From Spirochaetia bacterium (lineage in GTDB: Bacteria > Spirochaetota > Spirochaetia > UBA9216): 64,000 bases of DNA. The translations under genes and the position numbers were made by a program. Positions within the stretch are counted from its first letter, which is position 1. Each line of letters starts with the position of its first letter. The stretch spans positions 192,001 to 256,000 of the forward strand of contig OZ223264.1 of the NCBI GenBank assembly GCA_965140585.1, given 5' to 3'. This document shows positions 53,356 through 62,627 of the stretch, one piece after another. A model generated the notes under the pieces. It was not told the DNA's origin. It searched no databases and saw nothing but the letters and a program-made list of their open reading frames with translations.

Positions 53356-54546
53356 TTATTTCTGCTTTCTATCCCTTAATCTTTCTGTTCTTGAATATAG
53401 TTGAATGAGTTTTTCTTCTTTAACCCTAAAGCAGGTTCCATGATTTCGTTTAGTATGCATCCTAATTTCCATCATAACATCTCCTGATTCAATAAGCTGG
53501 ATAAACTCCTTTATTGAGGGGCCTGAATAATAGGTTAGCTCTACATAATGAAATTCTTCATTCTTATCTTTACCTCTATTTTCGGCACCGATATACGCAC
53601 TTTCTGTAAGCTTTTCATTTAGTCTAAATTGAATGGTCGTAAAATCATATTTTCCTATAGGAGTGTTATTAAAACATAGATATACGTTTTCAGTTTCATT
53701 ATCTACAGAAAGACTTAGATTGTGGGTATTAATGTTAATGGTCGGTGTTGAATACAACGCTTGACGTTGGTTTTCAGCATCAAAATAACCATACCTCTCA
53801 AGTCTCTCATTTTGATTTTTGGAGCCATCAATCCATTCCGGTTCTTTGAGAAATAAATTCATTTTTTCTTTAGATTGATTTTGTTTTAACCTGAAGCATT
53901 TCAGCTCAATACCCTTGAAGTCTGGTCCTGAAGAATTATTCTCTTCTATACCCATTAAAGATTCAAATGTGTATCCTACTCCTGTACTTCCAGAACGAAG
54001 TGTTTTGACATAACCCATTTCTTTAATTTTATCAAATTCCTCTAACAGTATATCGATGCCATTATTTCGCTGTACTGGTTGAATTGATAAGTGCCAATCT
54101 AAATCTAAAAAGAAAGAACCTTGTAAATTTGATAAATTTAGTTCAGAAAGTAATTCGGAATAGTAGATATGGTCAGGCTCAAGAATATGGATTTCATAAG
54201 TTCTTTTATAATCTTTTCTTCTTCCTACAATTATAAGAGTATGTTCAGGTACAGAATTGACTGATGTCTTTAGGCGCGTTATTCGTCTCTCAGGATACCG
54301 ATGGTAATGTTTATAATTACCATCCTTAACTTCAATTGTTCCTGTGTCATTCCAAAGATAGCTAATTTGTTCTGTATAATTTATTGATACATTCGGGATA
54401 AAGTTGGTAATTGCAGGAAAAAGTCTATATGCTTCAACCGGGATAAGAACGCCATGTCTACCAGAATCATCATTTTTAGTTAATATCTTACAGAGGATAC
54501 CATCTACATTTTCATAATTGATAAGAATTTTTGATAATACAGACAT
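53356..54546 (-). CDS. MvaI/BcnI-family restriction endonuclease with EcoRII-N-like N-terminus
   Basis: GVGYTFESLMGIEENN..PDFKGIELK, RNHGTCFR; KILTKNDDSGRHGVLIP. Confidence 0.85.
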   Translation of the reverse strand: MSVLSKILINYENVDGILCKILTKNDDSGRHGVLIPVEAYRLFPAITNFIPNVSINYTEQISYLWNDTGTIEVKDGNYKHYHRYPERRITRLKTSVNSVPEHTLIIVGRRKDYKRTYEIHILEPDHIYYSELLSELNLSNLQGSFFLDLDWHLSIQPVQRNNGIDILLEEFDKIKEMGYVKTLRSGSTGVGYTFESLMGIEENNSSGPDFKGIELKCFRLKQNQSKEKMNLFLKEPEWIDGSKNQNERLERYGYFDAENQRQALYSTPTININTHNLSLSVDNETENVYLCFNNTPIGKYDFTTIQFRLNEKLTESAYIGAENRGKDKNEEFHYVELTYYSGPSIKEFIQLIESGDVMMEIRMHTKRNHGTCFRVKEEKLIQLYSRTERLRDRKQK

Positions 54547-54620
54547 AATAAGTCAGTTTAGATGCAATCTGATTCCATGTCATGCAAAAAAATCAATTTT
54601 GTTAACTCTTCAGAACTGTC

Positions 54621-54642
54621 TATTGAGCCAATTGGCTCAATA
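54621..54642. repeat. perfect 22-bp palindrome, best copy of the phage 16-bp site family
   Basis: TATTGAGCCAATTGGCTCAATA. Confidence 0.9.
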
Positions 54643-54739
54643 TATCTATAAAAGCGCTCCCCGGTATAAAAAGGGCCGTGTACATCCCAAATTCCACCCA
54701 GTACTATGCTTCCAAGATTAACTCAAGGAGGTACAAACT

Positions 54740-55069
54740 ATCGAAGATTGGGAAGTTGTCTTCTCATATTCAAGAGAAGATGCAAAGCGTGATGGGGTAT
54801 TAAAAGACGTAACTTACATTGCTAAAGAGTGTGGGTTCAAGCTTGATACTGTCATTACAGAGACCTTGTGGCACCTCATAGAAGGTGAAGAAGGTGTAAG
54901 GCCATTACTTTTTGATTTGTTGCTGAGAATCAAGATGGCAAAGAAAGACAGTTCTATTCTTGTTTATGATTACAAGTGTAGAAAAGGCATGATTAAGGTC
55001 AGGTCAGAAGTCGGACCTGGCGATGATGCGTATCCGGTTCTAACAATCGGAACAATTTATGATTTCTAA
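54740..55069 (+). CDS. DUF6573-like phage protein with ATC start
   Basis: AAGGAGG SD 8 nt before ATC; VFSYSREDAKRDGVLKDVT..AKECGFK; ORF track shows only the last 67 aa. Confidence 0.65.
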   Translation: MEDWEVVFSYSREDAKRDGVLKDVTYIAKECGFKLDTVITETLWHLIEGEEGVRPLLFDLLLRIKMAKKDSSILVYDYKCRKGMIKVRSEVGPGDDAYPVLTIGTIYDF

Positions 55070-55077
55070 GGAGTGAA

Positions 55078-55290
55078 ATGATGAGTGTAATGACTAAATT
55101 GATTGAAGTAGAAGCAATGGAAGAAAACGATGTTTATTCTCAGTTTAAGACTGGTAAGAATAATGTAAAGAAGGTGCTAAAAGTCCTGCTATTTGATGAG
55201 TTGAAAGATGAAATGGAGAAAGAAGATAAGCCAATTAGGCAACGTAAGCCTCAAAAGAAAGAAAAGCCGGTTGAGCCGGAAAGAACTTAA
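55078..55290 (+). CDS. small phage protein
   Basis: AAGGAG SD; 70 aa with basic tail. Confidence 0.55.
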   Translation: MMSVMTKLIEVEAMEENDVYSQFKTGKNNVKKVLKVLLFDELKDEMEKEDKPIRQRKPQKKEKPVEPERT

Positions 55291-55293
55291 ATT

Positions 55294-55319
55294 AAGGAGC
55301 CAATTGGCTCCTTTTTTTT
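55294..55319 (+). terminator. terminator whose stem is a copy of the 16-bp palindrome
   Basis: AAGGAGCCAATTGGCTCC followed by T8. Confidence 0.75.
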
Positions 55320-55385
55320 AGGAAAATTTATTGGTCAGTGGCTTTTAGAGGGTGTAATATAGAATAAACTAAAAAAGGATAAAAG

Positions 55386-56006
55386 ATGAAAAAGTCGATT
55401 TTTATTACAATTACGATTCTTACAATAATACAGTTAATTTTCTCCTGTGATAATTTGGCAGGAGTTAACCCTGAAGATATAACTTCAGATGGATCAGATT
55501 CTACTTCAGACGATGGAAGTGATAGTTCAGAAAGTGAAGTAATTGCAAAGAGCATGAAAGCATATGATGCAAACGGTTCTTTTTTAGGTTATTGTACTTA
55601 TGCTTCAGGTTACTTTTTATTTATGTATTCTCAGAATGGATATTTTTACAGTATAAATTGGGATGGTTCGTTCACAGACGGAGGATTGTATTACACAGGG
55701 CAAAATCTAACAGGCACTGCTTTTTATGCGTACTTAGATTCTTATGCCATTAAAGCAAAAACTGTTTTTTCTGTTAATAATGTTTTGTATACCTATGTAG
55801 ATTCAAATAGTGATAGTTTGGCAGATATAAATGCTTCAATCACACAGTATCAAAGTGTTTACAGTGGTGGAACTACAACTAACTATGAAACACCTTATGA
55901 ATTAAGCACATTTGGCTATTCTGCCTTTTCTGTGCAAACAATAACCAAATCCACAGCAGGAATACCGAGTAGCATTACTACTCCTATTTCCTTAGTAAGT
56001 GAGTAG
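55386..56006 (+). CDS. cargo lipoprotein
   Basis: spirochaetal lipobox LIFSC, S/D linker, Y/G/S-rich beta domain. Confidence 0.75.
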   Translation: MKKSIFITITILTIIQLIFSCDNLAGVNPEDITSDGSDSTSDDGSDSSESEVIAKSMKAYDANGSFLGYCTYASGYFLFMYSQNGYFYSINWDGSFTDGGLYYTGQNLTGTAFYAYLDSYAIKAKTVFSVNNVLYTYVDSNSDSLADINASITQYQSVYSGGTTTNYETPYELSTFGYSAFSVQTITKSTAGIPSSITTPISLVSE

Positions 56007-56020
56007 AGCTTTAATAGATA

Positions 56021-56613
56021 ATGGAGCAGGAAATTGAGAATAATGAATTAGTAGAATATTTTAATAGTAAACTTATAAGGGGTCAGTATTCTAAATTATT
56101 TTTAGAACAGATAATAAAAATTGATTCAAACGAACCATTAGTTTTAGGAGCAACTGATTTCTCTGAGTTCCGGCTTTTTAATATTACTGAAACAATATTA
56201 GAGTTAGAAGGTGTGAACAGAACATCAACAAAGAAAGAAAAACAAATGAGAGGGATATTGTCTCAATATTATCATAAGCATATTGAATATTGGTATTCGA
56301 TAGATGAAATATTTAATAAGACTATTGCTAATGAAAACCTGATAAATGAAGCAATTAAGAAGGCGATTAAATATAAGAAAGATAATAATCGAAAAGAAGA
56401 AGTTGTGCAATTGTTACCACATTTTTTAGTAACTGATAGAATTTCTGAAGTATACAAAAATAGAAAAGTAACAGGGGAGTGGTTGGTGTACTATAAACAT
56501 GAATTAGGTAATATATATATCTTACTTTAGCTTCACATGCGGAAGATTATAAAGAAATATTAAAAAGAATTAATAGTTGTGCCATAGAAATGGAAATGAT
56601 TTCAACTTTTTAA
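56021..56613 (+). pseudogene. hypothetical protein frameshifted at (AT)5
   Basis: TGEWLVYYKHELGNIY continues as LTLASHAEDYKEILKR in another frame if one AT is removed. Confidence 0.6.
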
Positions 56614-56902
56614 AGAACTCAGTCCATGCATCCTTAACATTGTTTGACTCATCGTCGGGTATATTACTGTGAAAGAGTTCAATAGTCTGGTCACGAACAG
56701 AGTATACTACAATTGAAGGCTGGTCCCATTCTTTAACATTGAAAGCTGAGACTAAAGTTTTGCCAGGTCTTTCAGTTATTGCTTTGATTGTAATGCTGAG
56801 AGGAAAGTTCTTTTTTACAAACTTGTCATCAGTAAGATTTGCATATAGCTCTTTCATGTTGCTTTTAGGGAATTTACCGATTACTTTGATGGTTTTAGCC
56901 AT
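56570..56902 (-). CDS. hypothetical protein
   Basis: 110-aa ORF with GGAG SD. Confidence 0.6.
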   Translation of the reverse strand: MAKTIKVIGKFPKSNMKELYANLTDDKFVKKNFPLSITIKAITERPGKTLVSAFNVKEWDQPSIVVYSVRDQTIELFHSNIPDDESNNVKDAWTEFFKKLKSFPFLWHNY

Positions 56903-57030
56903 AAGAGATACTCCGAATTATTGTTTGTTTATTAGTATAACACGGTAGGAAAACACTGTTAAGACGAAAAAAGTAGTGTGGATGTCTAAATAAGTGTAAT
57001 ATAGTTATATCCGATGGAGCTGTATTTAAA

Positions 57031-57851
57031 ATGAAAAAAATTCCGATAAACGATCAAATTGCGTATTCTATTTCGAACTTAGTTGATGACTCTCAAGTAG
57101 GACGTAGAGACCCAAGCCATTATGAAATAGAAACGTTGATTAACGAGTGCGCATTATCAAAATATGATCCAAACCAAATCGGGAAAGGCCCTGTTGGGAA
57201 GATGAAACGTATTCGTCATGTACTAATAGGTTCATTAGAAGAAGAAACAGAAAAAGCCGAGGCTTTTGCTTATGGAATTATAAGCTTAATACGTTCTTCT
57301 GGTGGATTCCGAGAATTATCTCCCAATTTTATTGGATGGGAGAATATCCATAATTTGCAAACGGTTTTAAAAGATGAAGGTATTTTGTTGGGTGATGATG
57401 GTACCTTAAGTTATAAGATTTTAGATGATTTATCAAATTCAGAGAAGACCGATGTTTTATATTCATATATTAAAAGAGCCAGGAAAGGTAGTGAAGATGC
57501 TGCTCTGATTGTGGGAACTAGTAAAGATTTGATTGAAGCAGTATCAGCTCATGTGATTTTTTAAAATGTGGAACATATCCTACAACTGCAAATTTCCCAA
57601 CATTACTGGGACAGGCATTTGTTATGTTGGGCATGGCTACCTCTTATGATGAGGAAAAGAAAGATGAACATCCAAGAAAAACGATTGAACGAAACATGTA
57701 TGATTTAGCTTGTTCTATTAATAAATTACGGAATAAACAAGGAACTGGTCACGGTAGACCTTTTCTTCCAGATTTGTCAAAGACAGAGGCTATTGAAGCT
57801 GTACAAGTTATGGGGATTATTGCAGAGAAGATGTTAAATTGTTTGAGTTGA
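57031..57851 (+). pseudogene. Abi_C-domain abortive infection protein split by a frameshift at T6
   Basis: GTSKDLIEA..HV | YP..ANFPTLLGQAF ... INKLRNKQGTGHGR; frames join with one extra nt at 57557-57562. Confidence 0.78.
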
Positions 57852-57892
57852 GAAGATTGTGATATTGAACTAAGTGCTTATTTATTGGGGGT

Positions 57893-58375
57893 ATGTTGAA
57901 AAAACAAAAGTTTTCAAAAGCTGAAATTTCTGAACTTGTTATGTATAAGCTCACAGAAGGGGCAGATTTTATTGTTGAGAAGTTATTAGAAATTAATGAG
58001 AAATACCAAATTAGTGAAGATGATAATCAAACTCTTTCAGCTGTGCTGGCTTTTGTTTTTTTCTGTTATGATTTTTCCTTCTTCTCGGTCTATCAAGATT
58101 CTCAAGAATCAATAGATATTAGAGCTCAAATCAAAGAAAATATGCTCAAATTTCCCATGATTTCTCAAGAAAAATTAGAGTGGTATGTTAGAAATCATGG
58201 ACACCTTTTAAGGAAACATAAAAATCATACAAATAGCGATTGGATAGTTGAATTAGTTTCTGTAACTTTTAATTGGCGGGACGATAATGTTTCAGGACTT
58301 TTTCTTTTAGTTTTCTTGCAGACCTATGAATTCGTTGAAGAAATATCAAAAAAAATTAAAATAGTTCTAAGATAA
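57893..58375 (+). CDS. hypothetical protein
   Basis: 160-aa ORF, helical. Confidence 0.55.
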   Translation: MLKKQKFSKAEISELVMYKLTEGADFIVEKLLEINEKYQISEDDNQTLSAVLAFVFFCYDFSFFSVYQDSQESIDIRAQIKENMLKFPMISQEKLEWYVRNHGHLLRKHKNHTNSDWIVELVSVTFNWRDDNVSGLFLLVFLQTYEFVEEISKKIKIVLR

Positions 58376-58506
58376 TATACCTGATGCCGAGGTAAAGTAG
58401 TGACGTGAGTGGATTGGGCCAAGAGGCTCAGTTAAGAAATGTATGATTATTTATATTGTACTATAAAAATTGCCGTCATAATGACGGCTAGAATATCTAT
58501 TTCTAT

Positions 58507-59601
58507 TTATTGCAAAGACATTAATTCCTCAAGAATTATTTTACTAAAATCTGGTGGAAGTCTACTTGAATGTATCATGTATTCTGTAAATAGAAATGCA
58601 AATTTTGTTGCTTGTCTATTAGTTTTTGTAAATAACTTTAAACACTTTCTTTCTTTATCATTTGATAGAATTGACCAAGCTAATTCACGGAGTATTAATG
58701 GCGAGCTATTAATTTCAAATGGAGCCTCTAATGCATGTCTGATTAATTCGATGAATTTCCCCCAATGTGGCAATGATAATTGTTCACCTAAATCAGAACT
58801 TGGTCTTGCATTTTTTAATGCCTCTTCGTAAAGATTATTCTTATATTCATAGGTTTCCCGTCCGCCATATAGTAACATTAACAATGCATCAGAAAGATCT
58901 TCTTTTTTGTCTGGATGAAGATAAAGAGAAAAAATTTTATTAACAATCTCTGCTATAGAAATGAGAAATAAACTAGAATAATCTAATACCAAAGAGAGAT
59001 GCTCTTCTTTTTTAGGATCTAATTCTGGTGCGTTTTTTCTTAATAGAATGAGAGATTTACGACATGATTCCCCAGCATCTTTTATCATCCAAAAACTCGA
59101 ACGAGAGAAACTAATTAATTCGGATAATGTTGGATATTTTTTTCCAATATCAAAATATTTTTCCCATAAATCAATTTTACCTAAATTTGCGTCTGTCAAG
59201 GTTAAAGCTTTTTGTGAAGTCGCATCACAGAATACCTTAAAATCATGCTCGGTCAATAAAGTAACACCTATTTGACCAGCTGAGATGCGATGATCTTTCT
59301 CGATGTTGTCTTTTCGCAAGATGCAAATGCCCATCTCGGCAGACATGTATTTCATTATTCCATTTAACCATAAAGCTCTGTTAATTGGACTTTGCCCCTT
59401 TAAAGTTTTGCAATCAATTATAATTTTTTTATAGCTGATGAAATCACATGGAATATATGCTAGAACGTCCAAGTCGGTAATTTTAATATTTTTATTCTGT
59501 ATGTCTAGGGGACTACAGACATCTACCTCAAGTTGGGGGACCCAACCTTTTGATACAGCATACTTCAATGCTCTTTGTTTTTGTTCACGGTCTTGCATCA
59601 T
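58507..59601 (-). CDS. PD-(D/E)xK nuclease-fold protein
   Basis: LEV..ITDLDVLAY..IIIDCKT; GGAG SD, ATGA overlap with upstream gene. Confidence 0.75.
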   Translation of the reverse strand: MMQDREQKQRALKYAVSKGWVPQLEVDVCSPLDIQNKNIKITDLDVLAYIPCDFISYKKIIIDCKTLKGQSPINRALWLNGIMKYMSAEMGICILRKDNIEKDHRISAGQIGVTLLTEHDFKVFCDATSQKALTLTDANLGKIDLWEKYFDIGKKYPTLSELISFSRSSFWMIKDAGESCRKSLILLRKNAPELDPKKEEHLSLVLDYSSLFLISIAEIVNKIFSLYLHPDKKEDLSDALLMLLYGGRETYEYKNNLYEEALKNARPSSDLGEQLSLPHWGKFIELIRHALEAPFEINSSPLILRELAWSILSNDKERKCLKLFTKTNRQATKFAFLFTEYMIHSSRLPPDFSKIILEELMSLQ

Positions 59602-60893
59602 AGTTTAGCTCCGTACATGATTGAATCTAGTTCATATTGCTTTTCTTCAGACAATGGGATTTCTCCTCTTTTCCTTAGGTTTGTTGCGCTTATTGTTGAC
59701 TCTACATATTCCTTGCTCTGTTCAAACATTTTACATGCCTCTGGGTTAATTTCTAATCCTGAGACAGCCTCGTTAGAAACAAGTGATAATGCAATGCCCA
59801 ATGCTTCCATATTTTCTTCTGTGTCTATGATGTGAAGTTGAGAATACCCGTGAGGAAGTGGCTCTAAATAGCCAACTCGGCATTGCACTAGGTTTTTATA
59901 TTGTTGAGTAGCCTCAGTTGTGCTACTTATTGTCTTTCTATCTCGTAAAGCTCTAATAATCGCTGCCGGTTGTCTTATCCTATGTGCCTTCGGTAAGAAT
60001 TGCCCTTGTCGAACAGAAGAAACAATTGCCATTGCTCGTTCATATATTTCACGTTTTGTTGGCGGTAGGTGTTTTGATGAAGGCGCTGGGGTAAACAGGA
60101 AGTAGTTTTTACCACTATGATCAGTTTCAATAGAGGGTGGTTTCACTATGCCAAATTGTGATAGGTTTAATAATAATTTGAGTTCATCATCTGTGATGTG
60201 GTGTCCGTTTATTTCTTTAGTTTCTTCGACTATTGATAAAGGTATACCCTGAACTGTTTTAATTAGACTTAAAATATTGCTGACAGATTTAGAGCCACTA
60301 CTAGCAACTGCATCTGTAAATATATCAATGTTCTCAGAGAAATAGTGTGGACTGAGTAATATATCTTTTCCTCGGGCTCGGCGATTAATTATAAAGTTTC
60401 CTTTTGTCCCAATATCTACTGCTCTATCAAAGAGAACTTTTTCAGGGCTAAGCTTCTGAAATAGAGAATCACGATTTTCTGGAGATTGAGCAAGGCGTTT
60501 CACCATCTCAATACATAACTGTTCTGATTCGTTAAATGACCCTTCAGACATAGAATAATCACCGATTACATGGTATAGATCTTCATAATAAGGAACATTA
60601 GGTAAAATCCCCTTAATAGTTCTTCCTTCTTGCCTGATCTTTACAAATTCAATATCACCTAAAATTTCTACTATCCCCTTAATCGATGTTGTTGGTATTG
60701 ATAAATAGTGATTTGATACCATTTTCAGAATTTCAAAGTCAATAAAAGGAAGACCTCTGATATGTAATGCTAATCGTACTGCCATGCCTATTTCAACTAA
60801 AAATCCGAACTCTGGAACATCAATTGCTCCTAAATTTAATTGAATTTCATGGCATCTTGCAGCTATTTCAGATGATTCACCTTTTGAACTCAT
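59598..60893 (-). CDS. conserved-looking hypothetical protein (possible winged-helix repeats)
   Basis: 431 aa, AGGAGG SD, translationally coupled to nuclease gene. Confidence 0.7.
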   Translation of the reverse strand: MSSKGESSEIAARCHEIQLNLGAIDVPEFGFLVEIGMAVRLALHIRGLPFIDFEILKMVSNHYLSIPTTSIKGIVEILGDIEFVKIRQEGRTIKGILPNVPYYEDLYHVIGDYSMSEGSFNESEQLCIEMVKRLAQSPENRDSLFQKLSPEKVLFDRAVDIGTKGNFIINRRARGKDILLSPHYFSENIDIFTDAVASSGSKSVSNILSLIKTVQGIPLSIVEETKEINGHHITDDELKLLLNLSQFGIVKPPSIETDHSGKNYFLFTPAPSSKHLPPTKREIYERAMAIVSSVRQGQFLPKAHRIRQPAAIIRALRDRKTISSTTEATQQYKNLVQCRVGYLEPLPHGYSQLHIIDTEENMEALGIALSLVSNEAVSGLEINPEACKMFEQSKEYVESTISATNLRKRGEIPLSEEKQYELDSIMYGAKL

Positions 60894-61023
60894 TTTTAAA
60901 TCCTCCTATAAGGACCAATGTATAAATCTAAGAGTTATATGATAATGCTTCTAGACTAAGTATTCAAATATAAATTTTATTCTTTGAAAAAGAATTAAAC
61001 TTCATTCAAAAAAAGTATAATGT

Positions 61024-61115
61024 ATTAAACCTTAGGTAACCCGGAATAACGTGAATTGGGACAGGTGACTCAGTTGAAAATGTTGATGTGCAGTAATCGA
61101 GTTTGTGATATTGTT
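61024..61115 (+). repeat. 92-bp cargo leader, copy A
   Basis: 61051-61115 identical to 61622-61686; contains TGGGACAGGTGACTCA. Confidence 0.92.
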
Positions 61116-61121
61116 TTCGTT

Positions 61122-61517
61122 ATGCAAAAAGTGTTAAAGAGGTTAATCCCTTTACTTATAATGCTAATCTTCTTATTTGTTGGATGTGAAAAAGTTGAAC
61201 ATTTTGAAATTTCTGATGTGATTATCTTAACGACATCTGATAATGCACCAATAATGTTTAATTATATAATAGATTATAAAGTTTATGGGTATAACGAGCG
61301 TGAGAGAATTAATAAGCTTGAATGGAAAATTGAATCACTAATTATTCCCGAATTTGTTGATTTTATAAATGAGCAAGTATCGGGATTTTCTAAATCTGAA
61401 ATGATTACTAGTAATAAGATCCTGAATGGCATGAATACAAAAGTTGAAAGTCATTTAAATAAAATAGCGTCTGAATATCATTTCAGGGTTAAAAAAGTTA
61501 CTATAACTGTAAAGTAA
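61122..61517 (+). CDS. cargo lipoprotein (SPFH-like)
   Basis: lipobox LFVGC; TSDNAPIMFNYIIDYKV. Confidence 0.65.
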   Translation: MQKVLKRLIPLLIMLIFLFVGCEKVEHFEISDVIILTTSDNAPIMFNYIIDYKVYGYNERERINKLEWKIESLIIPEFVDFINEQVSGFSKSEMITSNKILNGMNTKVESHLNKIASEYHFRVKKVTITVK

Positions 61518-61594
61518 AAAATTTATTGAATTCTGTTTTAATTTGATATAGGGAAACAATTTATACGTGCTCATAAATTTCGTCCCCTAACCGG

Positions 61595-61686
61595 ATTAAA
61601 CCTTAGGCAACCTGGAACTGTGTGAATTGGGACAGGTGACTCAGTTGAAAATGTTGATGTGCAGTAATCGAGTTTGTGATATTGTT
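61595..61686 (+). repeat. 92-bp cargo leader, copy B
   Basis: direct repeat of 61024-61115. Confidence 0.92.
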
Positions 61687-61865
61687 GATTGATAGAGGAT
61701 TGAAAGTGTTAAAAAGAGGTTTCGTATTTTTAATCTGTTATTATATTAATAAACTCCATAATTTTGTTTTTAGGATTAATGGAGATGAATTAGAAGTAAT
61801 ATCCCCAACTATGATAATGTTACGATTTAAAAATTTAAGAATGATAGAAAGTGAAGAGGACGTAG

Positions 61866-62627
61866 ATGCAACTGAGTCAATCTCAAGGGCAATATTACTA
61901 CAATGCCAGATGGTATGACCCAAGCATAGGCCGAATCACCACCGAAGACCCCATGCGTGACGGCCTAAACTGGTACGCTTATGCTAATAATAATCCGTTG
62001 AAGTTTGTTGACCCGAGCGGGTTGGCTAACTTGACATCATATACACCTGATAATCCCTATTACTATTATAGCTCCTCAAAAGTGACTGATACGGTTATTA
62101 AATCATTATCGCTTATTCCTTATATAGGTGTAGGTGCAGGAATTGCAGAGTCCATCTCAAACAAATTTGGTTTATTTGAGATTATTGATTTAAATAAACA
62201 AAGCCAAATTGATAAAGCCTCTGGAGGATTATCGTCTGCTGGAACTGTAGCAGGAATTATGAATAAATTGGGGGAAGGTTTTTTTAGTAATGGTTTTTCA
62301 AAAGTTTTAGGCGTTTTATCCACAATCGGAACAATAGTGGGACTTGCAGATTATGCTAATAGTTTCTTATCAGAACCCTCATTAGAAACGGAGAAAGCAG
62401 TAGATGCCTCAGGGGTCGTTCAGGGGAAACATTTAGACACATTAATCCCATTTGCAAAAGAAGTAGAAGAATTAATGTCTGGATATTTAGATAGTGGCGA
62501 TGTTGAAATAATTGAACGAGATGATGGTACTGACACATTGCAATGGAATTCGCAGGCATCTAAAGATGCATTCAATTCAGTTGTAGAAGATTATCAACGA
62601 AATGAAGTGGAAAGAACCGATGAATAA
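61866..62627 (+). CDS. orphan Rhs repeat-associated core fragment + C-terminal toxin domain
   Basis: YYYNARWYDPSIGRITTEDP..DGLNWYAYANNNPLKFVDPSG. Confidence 0.88.
   Translation: MQLSQSQGQYYYNARWYDPSIGRITTEDPMRDGLNWYAYANNNPLKFVDPSGLANLTSYTPDNPYYYYSSSKVTDTVIKSLSLIPYIGVGAGIAESISNKFGLFEIIDLNKQSQIDKASGGLSSAGTVAGIMNKLGEGFFSNGFSKVLGVLSTIGTIVGLADYANSFLSEPSLETEKAVDASGVVQGKHLDTLIPFAKEVEELMSGYLDSGDVEIIERDDGTDTLQWNSQASKDAFNSVVEDYQRNEVERTDE

Noticed and set aside
61024-61686. Repeats as a CRISPR or guide-RNA array
   Set aside because: Only two long copies 571 bp apart enclosing a gene; no cas genes or regular spacers
61676-61918. 80-aa ORF after leader copy B
   Set aside because: Looks like a decayed remnant with no recognisable domain; not called as a gene
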